DNA of 64,000 bases from Candidatus Woesebacteria bacterium UBA5941 (GCA_002430735.1 DJCV01000013.1:33460-97459); one strand, 5' to 3'; positions 50,838-61,561 are shown, numbered from the stretch's first letter. Notes: generated by a model not told the origin, from the letters alone. A program made the numbers and translations.

Positions 50838-51848
50838 ATGGATTCAAATACCGAATATTCATTAAAAGGGAGGACTGAAACGCTGGAGGCTGAAACAACC
50901 CAGCAACTTGAACTTACAAAAATTTCTCCAGAGGCCCAAGAGAAGCTCTCTGAATTCGGCCTGTCTGAGCAGTCGGTACAAGAATTGCGTGATATTACTG
51001 CTTCATTTCGATACGATTTAGTTCCCAAACGTGCTGAAGAAATTTTCTCACAGAACGACGTCTTTATTGCAATGGATAATAATGGTGAAAAATGTGCTGT
51101 TATACCTAATTTTTACGATCCAAAAGGATCTCTTGAAGGTAATTGCGATCAGCTTGGGTTCCAGTTTATTACGAATATGCGAATGCAATCGTGGCTTGAA
51201 GATTGCAATGATGAAATTGCACAAAACGGGGGAAAACCAGTAGAAGCAGTACTTTGTATTGGTAAATCTGACGAGTTTTTTGTAAAGGAAGGCCAGAATC
51301 ACGTATGGGTTGCGTTACGCCAGCAAGGGAGCAGGATAAAGGAAGATATGGTAGACATTGATCCGGCACTCCAAAAAATTGGTACTCCGGTAGAGGACAA
51401 TTATGAGCACAAACGTGTATTTAAGGATACCGGTGAATTCGCGCTGTCTTTAACGGAAAAAGTGCGAATTGGTGCACTGACTGCTTCTGAAGACGGGGGA
51501 ATGAATTATGAGGCCACTGATTCAATTGTGTTAGGAGTTTCTCCCGATAGAACAGTTGCATATGCATTAGGCTATGTTGAGAATGGCGATGGTGGTGAAA
51601 TCCTGCCAATCGTGAAAGTATTGGACACCGCAGGTGAAATAGTAACAACACATTTGGTGGAGCCCCAAACAGGAAATATTTTTGACGGGGGGAATATCGA
51701 CAGTCTGAGTGAATCTTCCAGAAGTGATATCGATAATTTGCTTGGCGCGCTGGCAAAAACTCAATTTAACAGTGATATCGGTCAATTCCCGTATGCAATT
51801 GACCAATCCACTCTCGAAGACGAAGGATACTTTATAAATGTTAAATGA
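50838..51848 (+). CDS. acidic hypothetical protein with a putative transglutaminase-like Cys-His-Asp triad
   Basis: EGNCDQL...NHVWVAL...DIDPAL. Confidence 0.6.
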   Translation: MDSNTEYSLKGRTETLEAETTQQLELTKISPEAQEKLSEFGLSEQSVQELRDITASFRYDLVPKRAEEIFSQNDVFIAMDNNGEKCAVIPNFYDPKGSLEGNCDQLGFQFITNMRMQSWLEDCNDEIAQNGGKPVEAVLCIGKSDEFFVKEGQNHVWVALRQQGSRIKEDMVDIDPALQKIGTPVEDNYEHKRVFKDTGEFALSLTEKVRIGALTASEDGGMNYEATDSIVLGVSPDRTVAYALGYVENGDGGEILPIVKVLDTAGEIVTTHLVEPQTGNIFDGGNIDSLSESSRSDIDNLLGALAKTQFNSDIGQFPYAIDQSTLEDEGYFINVK

Positions 51849-52447
51849 TAGTCGGTCTTGACGAAGTTGGTCGAGGAGCATGGGCTGGTCCAGTAGTGGC
51901 TGGGGCAGTTTGCTTTGATACTCCCTACAAAATAAAGGACCGTAGGTTGCCCGTTTTTATTGATGACTCAAAACGCTTAAGTGAGCAACAACGCATAGAA
52001 TCAGCACAGTGGATATATGAAAACGCTTTATTTTGGGGAATTGGAAAGGGGACTGTCTCGACTATAAATAGGAGGGGCATTGTTCCTGCCGCCAATTATG
52101 CATTTAGACGAGCTTTTAAACCCATTCGCACAAGCGTGCCAAATCCTATCACTTCTGTTCTTCTCGATGCGTTTTATATTCCTCGGTTAGGTGTACACAA
52201 GAAATACCAGACACCTGTTATAAAAGGTGATCAAAAAGAGTTTGCAATTGCTGCCGCCTCAATTATTGCCAAAGTATGGAGAGATGACTACATGGCGCGC
52301 CTCGGGAATAAGTCATATAAACCATACCTTTGGGAACAGAACAAAGGATACGGAACAAAAGCCCATCAAATGGCCATAAGAACACATGGCATTACAAAAC
52401 ACCATAGAACTTTGTATTTACGGAAACTATTAAATGAAGAACGTTAA
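51845..52447 (+). CDS. rnhB: ribonuclease HII
   Basis: GLDEVGRGAWAGP, DDSK, IAAASIIAKVWRD, NKGYGT. Confidence 0.96.
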   Translation: MIVGLDEVGRGAWAGPVVAGAVCFDTPYKIKDRRLPVFIDDSKRLSEQQRIESAQWIYENALFWGIGKGTVSTINRRGIVPAANYAFRRAFKPIRTSVPNPITSVLLDAFYIPRLGVHKKYQTPVIKGDQKEFAIAAASIIAKVWRDDYMARLGNKSYKPYLWEQNKGYGTKAHQMAIRTHGITKHHRTLYLRKLLNEER

Positions 52448-52638
52448 GCGTTTCGCTTCTTTTCAAGTTCGATTTGAAAATTCATGCGATATTTTTTCTC
52501 TTTTCGTTTTTCAGCTTCCTTTTTAAACCGCTCACGATCACGATATTCGAGCAAAAGTCCTGAGGACAGAACCTTTTTTCTAAATCGAGCAATGAGCTTG
52601 TCGTCGCTTTCGCCTTTTTGTTTTTTTACTACTACCAT
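52444..52638 (-). CDS. rpsU: 30S ribosomal protein S21
   Basis: GESDDKLIARFRKKVLSSG...ERFKK; 64 aa, basic; SD AGGAGG. Confidence 0.85.
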   Translation of the reverse strand: MVVVKKQKGESDDKLIARFRKKVLSSGLLLEYRDRERFKKEAEKRKEKKYRMNFQIELEKKRNA

Positions 52639-52745
52639 AATAAAAGTCGCCTCCTTTCACACGAATTCTTGGAGCAAGCAGTCAAGAAATAAACCTAGAA
52701 GTCGTGAAGATCTACGGCAAATATATCAGAATCTTCAAAAGATTG

Positions 52746-54005
52746 CTAGAACCCATAACTTTCAAGACTCTCATTTTGCACACGAACGCGAGGGAGTGTG
52801 AGTGCCTGTTTTTTGCATAGTACTCGTCCTTGTTGGGTCGTAAATGCAATCGTGTAGTCTCGTTTTTTCAGCTCAGTCTCTGAATACTTGCCAACGGTAC
52901 CGTAGGGGTACGCAAAAATTTTTGGATTCCCGAGATTTCGTTCGCGAAGCTCGCGATCAGCCGTTTCAATTTCCATTGTTACTTCAGTGTTACTCGCAAA
53001 CATACTTTTGTGGCTCCAGGTATGGTTGGCAAAGAGCATTGTCCCAGAGTCATTCATTTCCGCAATCTGCTCCCAAGTGAGGTACCCGTCATTTCCAATA
53101 AGTCCTGTTGGGGTAAAGACTGTTCCTTTCATTCCAAAAGCTCGCAAAAGTGGATATGCGTTCTCGTATATGTCTTGATACGCATCGTCAAAGGTTATGA
53201 GTACAGATTTCGCTGGAATTGGCGTACCGTTATCAAAAAATGCTTTTAAGTCTTTCATCTCAATTGTTTTATATTGATTGTCAGCAAGGTATGCTAAATG
53301 CCTCGTAAACGCTTCAGGGCTTACCGATAGTCCTAATCTGTTATTCTTCTTGGCAATCGAAAGATCTTCAACATGGTGATAGACGAGCGTAGGAAGGGTG
53401 ACACACGGTCCATACTTTTCATCCATCTGCGTAAAGCTCAAAGGTTTAGGAGTTGGGCTTGTTGTCGGGGTTTGGAGATATTTTGAAATATCAATGACTG
53501 ACGATTGAGCCGTAGGCGTTGGGGTGCTCTCTACAAATGGAGCATAAATTTTTTCATATGCTGGCTTTAAAAATCGCGCTGGGGTGAGTGTTGTGAGAAA
53601 CCCTGTCGCGAAACCAAGTATCCCATCAATTGCAAAAATAATGACAATTGGAAGAATGTAATTATTTGGGAAATGTTTCTTCACCTTTACTTTTTGTTCT
53701 AATTTATGACCAGCATAAATTTGAGCAAGCGCAAACAAGATGACAAACCCCACAGCACTCGGATGCACATATGATGGAATGTGGATGCTTAACGCCTCAT
53801 ATATTGCGTTTAATCGCGGAATTGCGATTACCGATTGTGTTATAAAAATAACGCCAAAAATAATGCCGTTAATCCATAGGAGTTTAGGGAACCAGGTATG
53901 GTATTTTTTATCTCTCCACATTAAAAACCACGCAAGTGGCGCAAATGCCCACAATAAGAACACAATGAATGTGTGTTTAGTCGATGGTTTGAGTTGTACC
54001 TTCAC
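52746..54005 (-). CDS. membrane-anchored polysaccharide deacetylase (NodB/CE4)
   Basis: N-terminal TMs, Pro/Thr linker, LVYHHV, ITFDDAY, HTWSH, FAYPYG. Confidence 0.88.
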   Translation of the reverse strand: MKVQLKPSTKHTFIVFLLWAFAPLAWFLMWRDKKYHTWFPKLLWINGIIFGVIFITQSVIAIPRLNAIYEALSIHIPSYVHPSAVGFVILFALAQIYAGHKLEQKVKVKKHFPNNYILPIVIIFAIDGILGFATGFLTTLTPARFLKPAYEKIYAPFVESTPTPTAQSSVIDISKYLQTPTTSPTPKPLSFTQMDEKYGPCVTLPTLVYHHVEDLSIAKKNNRLGLSVSPEAFTRHLAYLADNQYKTIEMKDLKAFFDNGTPIPAKSVLITFDDAYQDIYENAYPLLRAFGMKGTVFTPTGLIGNDGYLTWEQIAEMNDSGTMLFANHTWSHKSMFASNTEVTMEIETADRELRERNLGNPKIFAYPYGTVGKYSETELKKRDYTIAFTTQQGRVLCKKQALTLPRVRVQNESLESYGF

Positions 54006-54028
54006 GAAATTCAGTATATCGCATTACA

Positions 54029-55720
54029 ATGAGTGGTATGCACCTCTTTTTGCAGATCGGAACTATCTTTGTAATAGCCACAATACTAGCATTTCTCATG
54101 AAAGTATTCAGACAGCCATTTGTCGTTGGATATATTTTGGCGGGTATTGTTGCGGGCCCACATGTTCTAAATGTCATCTACTCAGCTGAAACTGTTGAAC
54201 TGCTTTCAAAGATCGGAATTGTATCTCTCCTTTTCATTGTTGGGGTGAGCTTAAACCCTCATGTTATTCGTGAAGTAGGGAAAGTATCTCTGGTAACTGG
54301 AGTTGGACAGGTAGTGCTAACCAGTATTGGTGGATATTTCCTTGCGCGCTTACTTGGGATAGAGGCGGTGAATTCCGTGTATATCGGGATAGCACTCACC
54401 TTTAGCAGCACCATTATTATTTTAAAGCTACTCGCAGACAAATCAGATTTGAATAAGCTGTACGGGAAAATTGCGATTGGGTTTTTACTCGTGCAAGACA
54501 TAATTGCAACCGTTATTTTGGTCGCAATCGCCACACTTTCACACACGGGGAGTGAGAGTATTGGAACTGTTGCAGTAGTGCTATTCCTCAAAGCCGTTTC
54601 ACTGAGCGCAATTTTATATATTTGTGCACGCTATATTCTGCCCCAACTCTCAAAGTTATTTGCTTCGTCGCAAGAGTTGTTGTTTCTATTCTCAGTTACG
54701 TGGGGAATAAGTGTCGCAGGAGTCTTTTATGTGCTCGGATTTTCGGCTGAGATAGGAGCCTTAGTCGCTGGAGTAACACTGTCAGTTTCGCCTTTTGCAT
54801 ACGAAATAAGTTCTCGAATGAAACCGCTTCGTGATTTTTTTATAGTACTTTTTTTCGTCTTCCTGGGCTCGCAAATTTCATTCGATCATATTATTTCACT
54901 TGCAGTTCCAGCAGTTATTTTTTCTCTCTTTGTCCTGATTGGAAACCCGCTCATTATGTATGTGTTAGTAAACTTATTAGGATATAGGCGAAGAACAGCC
55001 TTTGAAGTATCTTTGACTGTTGCACAAATTAGTGAATTTTCCTTAATTGTTGTGACTTTGGGATTTCAATTGGGGCAAGTCACACAAGAGACATTGTCTT
55101 TGGTGACTTTGGTTGGGTTAATCACTATTTCAGCATCTTCTTACTTAATTCTGAATTCCGACCGGATATACCCACGAGTAATGCATTTATTGCGCTTTCT
55201 AGAATTGCGAAAAACGGGGGTAATTGCTCGTTCGGAACAAACTTCACCTGAAAAATCAGTAGAAATGTTGCTGTTTGGGTATGATCGTGTGGGAGAACAT
55301 TTTGTATCAGCATTCGAACATATAGGAAAAGAGTATATGGTTGTGGATTTTAACCCTAAATCAATTGAGCGAATGAAACGAAAGGAAATTAGACACCGTT
55401 TCGGAGACGCCGAAGATATTGAATTTCTGGATGAACTACCATTAAGCAAAGTGAAGTTAATTGTTTCAACTATTCCTGAGTTTCAAGTCAATCGAGTGTT
55501 GACTGAATATTTTCACAAAAGACATCCTGAAGCTATTATTATGGTGATATCGCACAATATTGAAGATACAAAAGAGCTGTATCACGCGGGAGCAAGTTAT
55601 GTGATTGTGCCTCACTACTTAGGGGCATCCTTCGCAGCTGGCTTGATAAAAAAACATGGTATACGATTAAGCAAATTTATTGCCGAGCGTGAAAAACAGT
55701 CTCAAATCTTGTATACTTGA
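54029..55720 (+). CDS. CPA2/Kef-type cation:proton antiporter with TrkA-N domain
   Basis: GYILAGIVAGP, FSSTIIILK, LVQDI, QISEF; C-terminal RCK domain (FGDAED). Confidence 0.92.
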   Translation: MSGMHLFLQIGTIFVIATILAFLMKVFRQPFVVGYILAGIVAGPHVLNVIYSAETVELLSKIGIVSLLFIVGVSLNPHVIREVGKVSLVTGVGQVVLTSIGGYFLARLLGIEAVNSVYIGIALTFSSTIIILKLLADKSDLNKLYGKIAIGFLLVQDIIATVILVAIATLSHTGSESIGTVAVVLFLKAVSLSAILYICARYILPQLSKLFASSQELLFLFSVTWGISVAGVFYVLGFSAEIGALVAGVTLSVSPFAYEISSRMKPLRDFFIVLFFVFLGSQISFDHIISLAVPAVIFSLFVLIGNPLIMYVLVNLLGYRRRTAFEVSLTVAQISEFSLIVVTLGFQLGQVTQETLSLVTLVGLITISASSYLILNSDRIYPRVMHLLRFLELRKTGVIARSEQTSPEKSVEMLLFGYDRVGEHFVSAFEHIGKEYMVVDFNPKSIERMKRKEIRHRFGDAEDIEFLDELPLSKVKLIVSTIPEFQVNRVLTEYFHKRHPEAIIMVISHNIEDTKELYHAGASYVIVPHYLGASFAAGLIKKHGIRLSKFIAEREKQSQILYT

Positions 55721-55738
55721 TTCTGTTCAGCAACAAAT

Positions 55739-56059
55739 ATGCTAAAAAAAGAACTACAAGGATTTATCGATTTCATTCAAGAAAAAGGGATTATTAGTCT
55801 TGCGATCGGTTTTATTATCGGTGGCGCTGTCACAAAGGTAGTAACTGCACTTGTTCAGGACATTTTAAATCCATTAATAGGACTTCTTTTAGGTGCTGCT
55901 GGTAACTTAAGCGAACAATATATGATGGTAGGGAAAGCGAAAGTTCACTGGGGAAATTTTGTAGGAACCACGATCGACTTCTTAATTATTGCGGCAGTTG
56001 TATATTACGGCGTCAAACTCTTAGGCATCGAAACACCTTCTAAATCTAAAAAGAAATAA
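55739..56059 (+). CDS. mscL: large-conductance mechanosensitive channel
   Basis: LAIGFIIGGAVTKVVTALVQDILNPLIG, WGNF..IDFLII. Confidence 0.9.
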   Translation: MLKKELQGFIDFIQEKGIISLAIGFIIGGAVTKVVTALVQDILNPLIGLLLGAAGNLSEQYMMVGKAKVHWGNFVGTTIDFLIIAAVVYYGVKLLGIETPSKSKKK

Positions 56060-56086
56060 GCTATACAAAGCTGGTATTATGAAACC

Positions 56087-56455
56087 ATGAATCTTCTTTT
56101 GATTGCGCACATCGGTGGAGCAATTGCCATTTCATTTGCGATATTCGTGTCTCTCTGGTCATTACCTAAGAGTAAACAGACATTGCATAAGCAGTTATTT
56201 GTATCGCTAGGAATTGGGTCAATGATACAAACAATAACGGGATCATTACTTGCTGTGTCGAGCGAGGGCACAATTGCGAGTTATTGTGCAAAGATGGGGC
56301 TGTATCTTTCTGCAATTTTTGTAACTGAGCTACTCCTTCTGCGAAAACTGCAAGACAGCTCTTCCCTCGAATCTACAAAACGTTTGTTTGTGTATATCAC
56401 CATAAATACCGTTTTAGTATTCGTAACAGTGGTATCCCTTACCTACTACGCATGA
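56087..56455 (+). CDS. small 4-TM membrane protein
   Basis: Hydrophobic segments; overlaps the msrA start. Confidence 0.65.
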   Translation: MNLLLIAHIGGAIAISFAIFVSLWSLPKSKQTLHKQLFVSLGIGSMIQTITGSLLAVSSEGTIASYCAKMGLYLSAIFVTELLLLRKLQDSSSLESTKRLFVYITINTVLVFVTVVSLTYYA

Positions 56456-56991
56456 ATCAACCTATTGAAGTAGCTACATTTGCGGGTGGATGTTTCTGGT
56501 GCACTGAGGCTATTTTTGAGCGACTAAAGGGCGTTAAGTCAGTACTTCCAGGATATTCTGGTGGAACGGTTAGTAATCCAACATATGAAGCTGTTTGCAC
56601 CGGCACCACAGGTCATGCTGAAGCAATACAGGTGGTTTTTGATCCAACGCTCATATCGTATGAACGGCTTTTATATGTTTTCTTTAAAACACACGACCCG
56701 ACAACTCTTAATCAGCAAGGTGCTGACCATGGCACTCAATACCGCAGTGCTATTTTTTATCACTCCGAGGAACAAAAAAAACTCGCTGAGAATCTTGTGG
56801 AGAAATTAACAAAAGAGAAGATTTATACAAATAGGATCGTGACTGAAATTGTTCCATTTGAGAAGTTTTTTGAAGCAGAGGATTATCACAAGCATTTTTA
56901 TGAACGAAATAAAAACAATGGATATTGCCAACTTGTCATTAACCCGAAGCTTCAGAAGCTAGCGCACGAGTTTATTGATGAACTAAAGTAA
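56452..56991 (+). CDS. msrA: peptide-methionine (S)-S-oxide reductase
   Basis: GGCFWCTE, TGHAE, QYRSAIF, AEDYH. Confidence 0.97.
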   Translation: MNQPIEVATFAGGCFWCTEAIFERLKGVKSVLPGYSGGTVSNPTYEAVCTGTTGHAEAIQVVFDPTLISYERLLYVFFKTHDPTTLNQQGADHGTQYRSAIFYHSEEQKKLAENLVEKLTKEKIYTNRIVTEIVPFEKFFEAEDYHKHFYERNKNNGYCQLVINPKLQKLAHEFIDELK

Positions 56992-56996
56992 TCTGC

Positions 56997-57500
56997 ATGA
57001 GAACGATTCGAGTTACCGACAAAATGCAAGTTGGTTATGAGTACAATTGCACTGAGCCAATTGGTAAGAATTTCGATCCGTTGTTTAAACCTCAATTGAC
57101 TCCTAAAGAAATGCTTTCCCTGGGAGTTTTCGGCGGAAAGTATATGACTGATTGCAGAGATGAATTTCCTCAGGATTGGTTTACTAATGCAAAGCTCTCT
57201 CCTGAAAAAAAAGACAAAAACATTAATTACTTTAAAGTACATGCGAGCCAACCACTTTCTGTGTGGAGGAAAAAGGGCTGGATTTATCCTGATGATCCTC
57301 GCGGATGGTTTCAGTGGTATTGTCGATATTACATGGGAAGACGAATCCCGACTGAAGATACCAGACAAATTGCACGGTGGATTGCTATGAAGCGTCATAT
57401 CATGCAGCTCACGAATCATTGTAAAAAAGGTGATGTGACATGCCAACCACGCAGACGCCAGGCGCTATTACATTGGGCATACGATTCGCGAGTCATGTAA
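56997..57500 (+). CDS. conserved hypothetical protein (DPRGWFQWYCRYYMGRR family)
   Basis: LTPKEMLSLGVFGG, DPRGWFQWYCRYY, RQALLHWAYD; Trp/Arg-rich. Confidence 0.8.
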   Translation: MRTIRVTDKMQVGYEYNCTEPIGKNFDPLFKPQLTPKEMLSLGVFGGKYMTDCRDEFPQDWFTNAKLSPEKKDKNINYFKVHASQPLSVWRKKGWIYPDDPRGWFQWYCRYYMGRRIPTEDTRQIARWIAMKRHIMQLTNHCKKGDVTCQPRRRQALLHWAYDSRVM

Positions 57501-57555
57501 TCGACAAATCTGGACTTGCGTTGAGAGTTTTCACTTGGTTTACTGAGTACTACTC

Positions 57556-58944
57556 ATGAAACAGAATTTGTCTCCTTGGATCGACCAATTAAATCGCACT
57601 CGCGATGTTCATTTGCTTTCTGATAACCGCGAAACTGATGTCGCAATTATCGGCGCTGGAATTGCAGGCATTAGTACTGCGTACTTCGCACTGACCACAA
57701 CGCCCTATAAAGTATTTTTGATTGAAGGGGATAAGGTTGCCCATGGTGCAACGGGGCACAATGCAGGTCAAATTGTGAGTTACTTCGAACGTCAAATATC
57801 GGATCTTGTAAAAGAATTTGGAATAACTCAGACAAGTGAAGCACAAGCTGCGGTCGATTCCGCATGGGATTTACTTGAGGAGATATATAAAAAGGTAAAG
57901 TTGCGGACTCCATTTGCACAGTTTACGGGATATGCAGGCTGTCAGGATTTAGCTGAAGTGATTGTGCACCTTGAAAACAACATGTATGCCCGCGAAACAC
58001 ATATCAATATGGAGCCTTTGATGGTTGCAGAAGAGTCGGGAATCACAGAACAAATCCCAAAAACATACGATGGTCTGTATTCAATAGTTCCACAAAAAGA
58101 TATCCTATCCCTCCTTGAAACCGAAGACCCTCGCTATATCGCAGCGCTTTCATCTCGAAAGGGTGTGATGAATAGCGCTTTGTTTTGCGAAGAATTACTT
58201 GATTACTTATTTCGAGAGTATGCTGATCGATTTACGCTTTTTGAAGAAAGTCATGTGAGTGATGTTGTGTTAAGTGATTCTCACGCGAAATTAAAAATTC
58301 GAGACAAGGAGATTACTGCGAAGAAAGTTGTTTTATGTACAAATGGATTTGAGAAATTCACAATTACCAATACAAATGGTGCTGACATTAATACGCAGTT
58401 TCACCATTTAGTGAATGGGTCAGTAGGGTATATGGCGGCGTACCTTGAGGACCATACAAAGTCTCCTACTGCCGTGAGCTACTTGCCAGCTGCACAAAAA
58501 ACAGGAGACCCTGTTATGGATGCGATTCCATACTTTTATTTGACCCGCAGAACGTTTGAGTCAGAAGCGAATCAACTTCACAGCTTAATTTGTGTGGGTG
58601 GTCCCGAAGTTCGGATGGATGACACTGATAACTACACCCACGAGCACCCATATCCTGAAGAGGCTCAATCAGTCATTGATCAGTTTCTCCATAAAACATA
58701 TAAACATGCACCAACAGGGGAGATTACCTACAAGTATAAATGGCATGGACTCATGGGATATACGCCAAATGGGGTTCGCTGTATTGGTCCAGAACCCATT
58801 AATCCGGTGCTTTTGTATAACTTGGGATGTAATGGGATTGGGATCTTACCGTCAATTTATGGCGGGAAGAAGATTTCGCAATTCTTAAACAATGAACAGC
58901 TCGCACCTTCTATTTTTGATCCAAAAGATAGTCGGTTACAGTAA
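57556..58944 (+). CDS. FAD-dependent oxidoreductase (DAO family)
   Basis: IIGAGIAG, GATGHNAGQ, LCTNG, GCNGIG. Confidence 0.9.
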   Translation: MKQNLSPWIDQLNRTRDVHLLSDNRETDVAIIGAGIAGISTAYFALTTTPYKVFLIEGDKVAHGATGHNAGQIVSYFERQISDLVKEFGITQTSEAQAAVDSAWDLLEEIYKKVKLRTPFAQFTGYAGCQDLAEVIVHLENNMYARETHINMEPLMVAEESGITEQIPKTYDGLYSIVPQKDILSLLETEDPRYIAALSSRKGVMNSALFCEELLDYLFREYADRFTLFEESHVSDVVLSDSHAKLKIRDKEITAKKVVLCTNGFEKFTITNTNGADINTQFHHLVNGSVGYMAAYLEDHTKSPTAVSYLPAAQKTGDPVMDAIPYFYLTRRTFESEANQLHSLICVGGPEVRMDDTDNYTHEHPYPEEAQSVIDQFLHKTYKHAPTGEITYKYKWHGLMGYTPNGVRCIGPEPINPVLLYNLGCNGIGILPSIYGGKKISQFLNNEQLAPSIFDPKDSRLQ

Positions 58945-59721
58945 TTCCTTTGAAGTAAGATACTTAATAATCCCGTTTGCAAGCCCTTTTGCAGAAACTT
59001 CTGGTCTATTCACAATAATTTTTCGATCATTTGCATTCGTCAAAAATCCGGTTTCTAAAATAACAGAGGCAGTTTTTGGATGTACTGCATGTTCATATCT
59101 CCACCAGGCGAATGCGTAGTATCCAGTCATGTTGCGACTGATATTGTCATCAAATAGTAGTTTAGTCTCGGCGCCGTATGTTTCAGTTATAAACTCCACA
59201 AGATCAATTGCATTACCACTAAAGTCTCGTCTCGGTGCAGCTATCTTAAATCCAGACGCACTTCTGTCAGTTGAGCCGTCGGCATGAATTGCGACAAAAA
59301 CGTCCGCCCAATATCGCGGGGGAACCGTGGACGGCAAAATATCAACGATGATGTTTTTCTCAGCCAGGATGTTTTTCGTTTCTTCTGCGATTGCATAATT
59401 AACTTCCCATTCAGATTTGCCTGCAGCACTTGCTCCGGTATTTCCTCGCAATCGTTCGAGTTCTTCAGGTAGCTCATTGTTCTTCCAGTGTCCTACTTGC
59501 AATCCCACACGAGCGGGGCCTTCAGGTCGGGTCCAAGTATTCAGCCATTCAAAGGGATCAGGGTCAGGAGGTGTTAAGTCTTCAATGACATATGGAGGAG
59601 CACCAGTATCAGTTGGGGCGAAATAATTTTTACCAACTAAAAAACCTCCAACAAACAGCGGAAGTATGAGGAGAAAAAATATGATTTTTTTGAACACAGG
59701 AATTAGCAGTGTACTATCCAT
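58936..59721 (-). CDS. N-acetylmuramoyl-L-alanine amidase (Amidase_3)
   Basis: N-terminal TM, QVGH, EWEVN, AIHAD, ILETGFLTN. Confidence 0.88.
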   Translation of the reverse strand: MDSTLLIPVFKKIIFFLLILPLFVGGFLVGKNYFAPTDTGAPPYVIEDLTPPDPDPFEWLNTWTRPEGPARVGLQVGHWKNNELPEELERLRGNTGASAAGKSEWEVNYAIAEETKNILAEKNIIVDILPSTVPPRYWADVFVAIHADGSTDRSASGFKIAAPRRDFSGNAIDLVEFITETYGAETKLLFDDNISRNMTGYYAFAWWRYEHAVHPKTASVILETGFLTNANDRKIIVNRPEVSAKGLANGIIKYLTSKELL

Positions 59722-59739
59722 TCCTTAGAAAGTGCTGAG

Positions 59740-60846
59740 TTATTGAGCTACTGCCGTCTGTGCTGCTTTTAAGTTCTTGTTGTAGAACAATGCTTTGTCA
59801 TATTCAGCTTGTGCGGCTCCCATATCTCCGCGTGTACTGAAAATGTTTCCTCGAATTAAGTAGAGTTCAGAAAATGCCCTGTTTTGGTTATTTAAAATCC
59901 TTTCAGTCATTTGTAAGACTCGGTCATACTGTTCTAATTCATAATATGCCTCTATTGGCTCGATTTGATACCACAGGGTGCGGAACGGAAGACGTGTTTC
60001 AACCTTCTCAAATTCAGAAACTGCGTTAGCATAATTTCCGGTGTGGAAAAGTGCCACAGAATAATTAAATCGCGCATAAATATCATTTGGATTTTCTGTG
60101 AGCAATCGCTCCGCTCGGTTCGCCGCAAGTTCCCAGGATGATTGTTCATCAAAATTTTCCATTAATATCCCTTCTGCAAGATGTTCTTTCTCACTAGGGA
60201 TGAGTAGCAAAAATTCGTAATTAAATTTCTCCCAAATTTCATCAAAATCCTCATATGAATACACGAGGTTTTTCCCTTGCAGAGAGTCATCTTGAATGAG
60301 TGTTCTTGTCGTGTCGTCAAACCCTTTTATGACTCGGTAATGGCCGATATCTTCGCTCGCCGTAAGCCATGTTCTGGTTATCACCGGAAATCCTGCACTA
60401 ATCGCGCGTTTTATAAGTTCTCGGTTCCCATTCGGTCTGTGGTAGGAAACGAGATTGTAGTCCTTTGCTTTTTCGCCCAATTCTGGGAGTGTCACTGATT
60501 TATCATCGTTATCACCTTGTGAGTTTTGGTATGGTCTCAGCGCTTGTCCTAACACTTGCTGTGATTCATTTATTCCGTAGTAATACAGGGCCATTGAAAG
60601 AGCTGCTGGGCCGCAGTTGTTGAACGTTTGGAACACATGATATGTGCTACTGAGTGTGCGCGCTGATTGAGTGGGATACGCGGTTGGGGTTGGTTTGGGT
60701 GATGGTGACTGTCTGGTTAATAGTGGAGTGACACGGGAATTGGTAATTGGTGTCGTGTTTTGAAAGAACTGTAGAGCGAAAGAAGGATAGAGAATGAGGG
60801 CGACGCCCGCAATGAATATAAGAAGAATGAGGATTAGTTTATGCAC
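59740..60846 (-). CDS. C39-like peptidase with TPR repeats, secreted or anchored
   Basis: QTFNNCGPAAL, GHYRVIKGFD; C-terminal TPR helices. Confidence 0.85.
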   Translation of the reverse strand: MHKLILILLIFIAGVALILYPSFALQFFQNTTPITNSRVTPLLTRQSPSPKPTPTAYPTQSARTLSSTYHVFQTFNNCGPAALSMALYYYGINESQQVLGQALRPYQNSQGDNDDKSVTLPELGEKAKDYNLVSYHRPNGNRELIKRAISAGFPVITRTWLTASEDIGHYRVIKGFDDTTRTLIQDDSLQGKNLVYSYEDFDEIWEKFNYEFLLLIPSEKEHLAEGILMENFDEQSSWELAANRAERLLTENPNDIYARFNYSVALFHTGNYANAVSEFEKVETRLPFRTLWYQIEPIEAYYELEQYDRVLQMTERILNNQNRAFSELYLIRGNIFSTRGDMGAAQAEYDKALFYNKNLKAAQTAVAQ

Positions 60847-60874
60847 TTATATATAGTAGCAGCTACGAACGGTT

Positions 60875-61501
60875 TTATTTAAGGAACTGCAACGTTTGAA
60901 AAATAGCATCCACTTCTTTTTGATACCCAACTTCTTCTGGATCAGCTACAAGGCGACTAATACTGACTGCATACGGAGAATTTGAATCCTTTTGTAAAAC
61001 GGTATAGGTCGATTCTCCTAATGATCGAATTGTATACTCATATCCGCTGTGTGCTCCGACAGTAATTGGCGTTTTGTCCTTTACCAGTTCACTCGTTCCG
61101 CTCACTTTAATTTCAGCGATGCGAGCGTCGATTACTTGTGCTAAAGGCATTCCCTTCAATTCAATCGGTTCAAAAACCATAATGACGCCATCGTACATTT
61201 CCGTTTGTCCTCGTTGTGTCGCACCTTTTTTGGTAATACGTATATACTGACCGTTGCCCTGCAGGTCGAGTACATAGTCGTTTGGGTATAACATGCTAAA
61301 AATACCTTTTGAATCACTGTAGCTGCTGCCACCTTGCTGCAATTTCTTGACGAGTTCATTTTCAGGTTCCGTTGAAAGAGGAGATGAAACAGGGGACGGG
61401 GCGAAGGTTACCATTGGGTCGTGCGCGACTGACGCGCGATTAATTCCATATGCCGCGATAGAGATAAGAATAATTGCTGAACCAACAAATGCGAGTTTCA
61501 T
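60875..61501 (-). CDS. secreted PsbP-like fold hypothetical protein
   Basis: Signal anchor, FSMLYP...VDAIFQTLQF. Confidence 0.6.
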   Translation of the reverse strand: MKLAFVGSAIILISIAAYGINRASVAHDPMVTFAPSPVSSPLSTEPENELVKKLQQGGSSYSDSKGIFSMLYPNDYVLDLQGNGQYIRITKKGATQRGQTEMYDGVIMVFEPIELKGMPLAQVIDARIAEIKVSGTSELVKDKTPITVGAHSGYEYTIRSLGESTYTVLQKDSNSPYAVSISRLVADPEEVGYQKEVDAIFQTLQFLK

Positions 61502-61561
61502 AAAAGTAGTATAGATAGCTTACACGATAAGTTTGTAAGAATCAGGTGAGAATTGTGTGAA

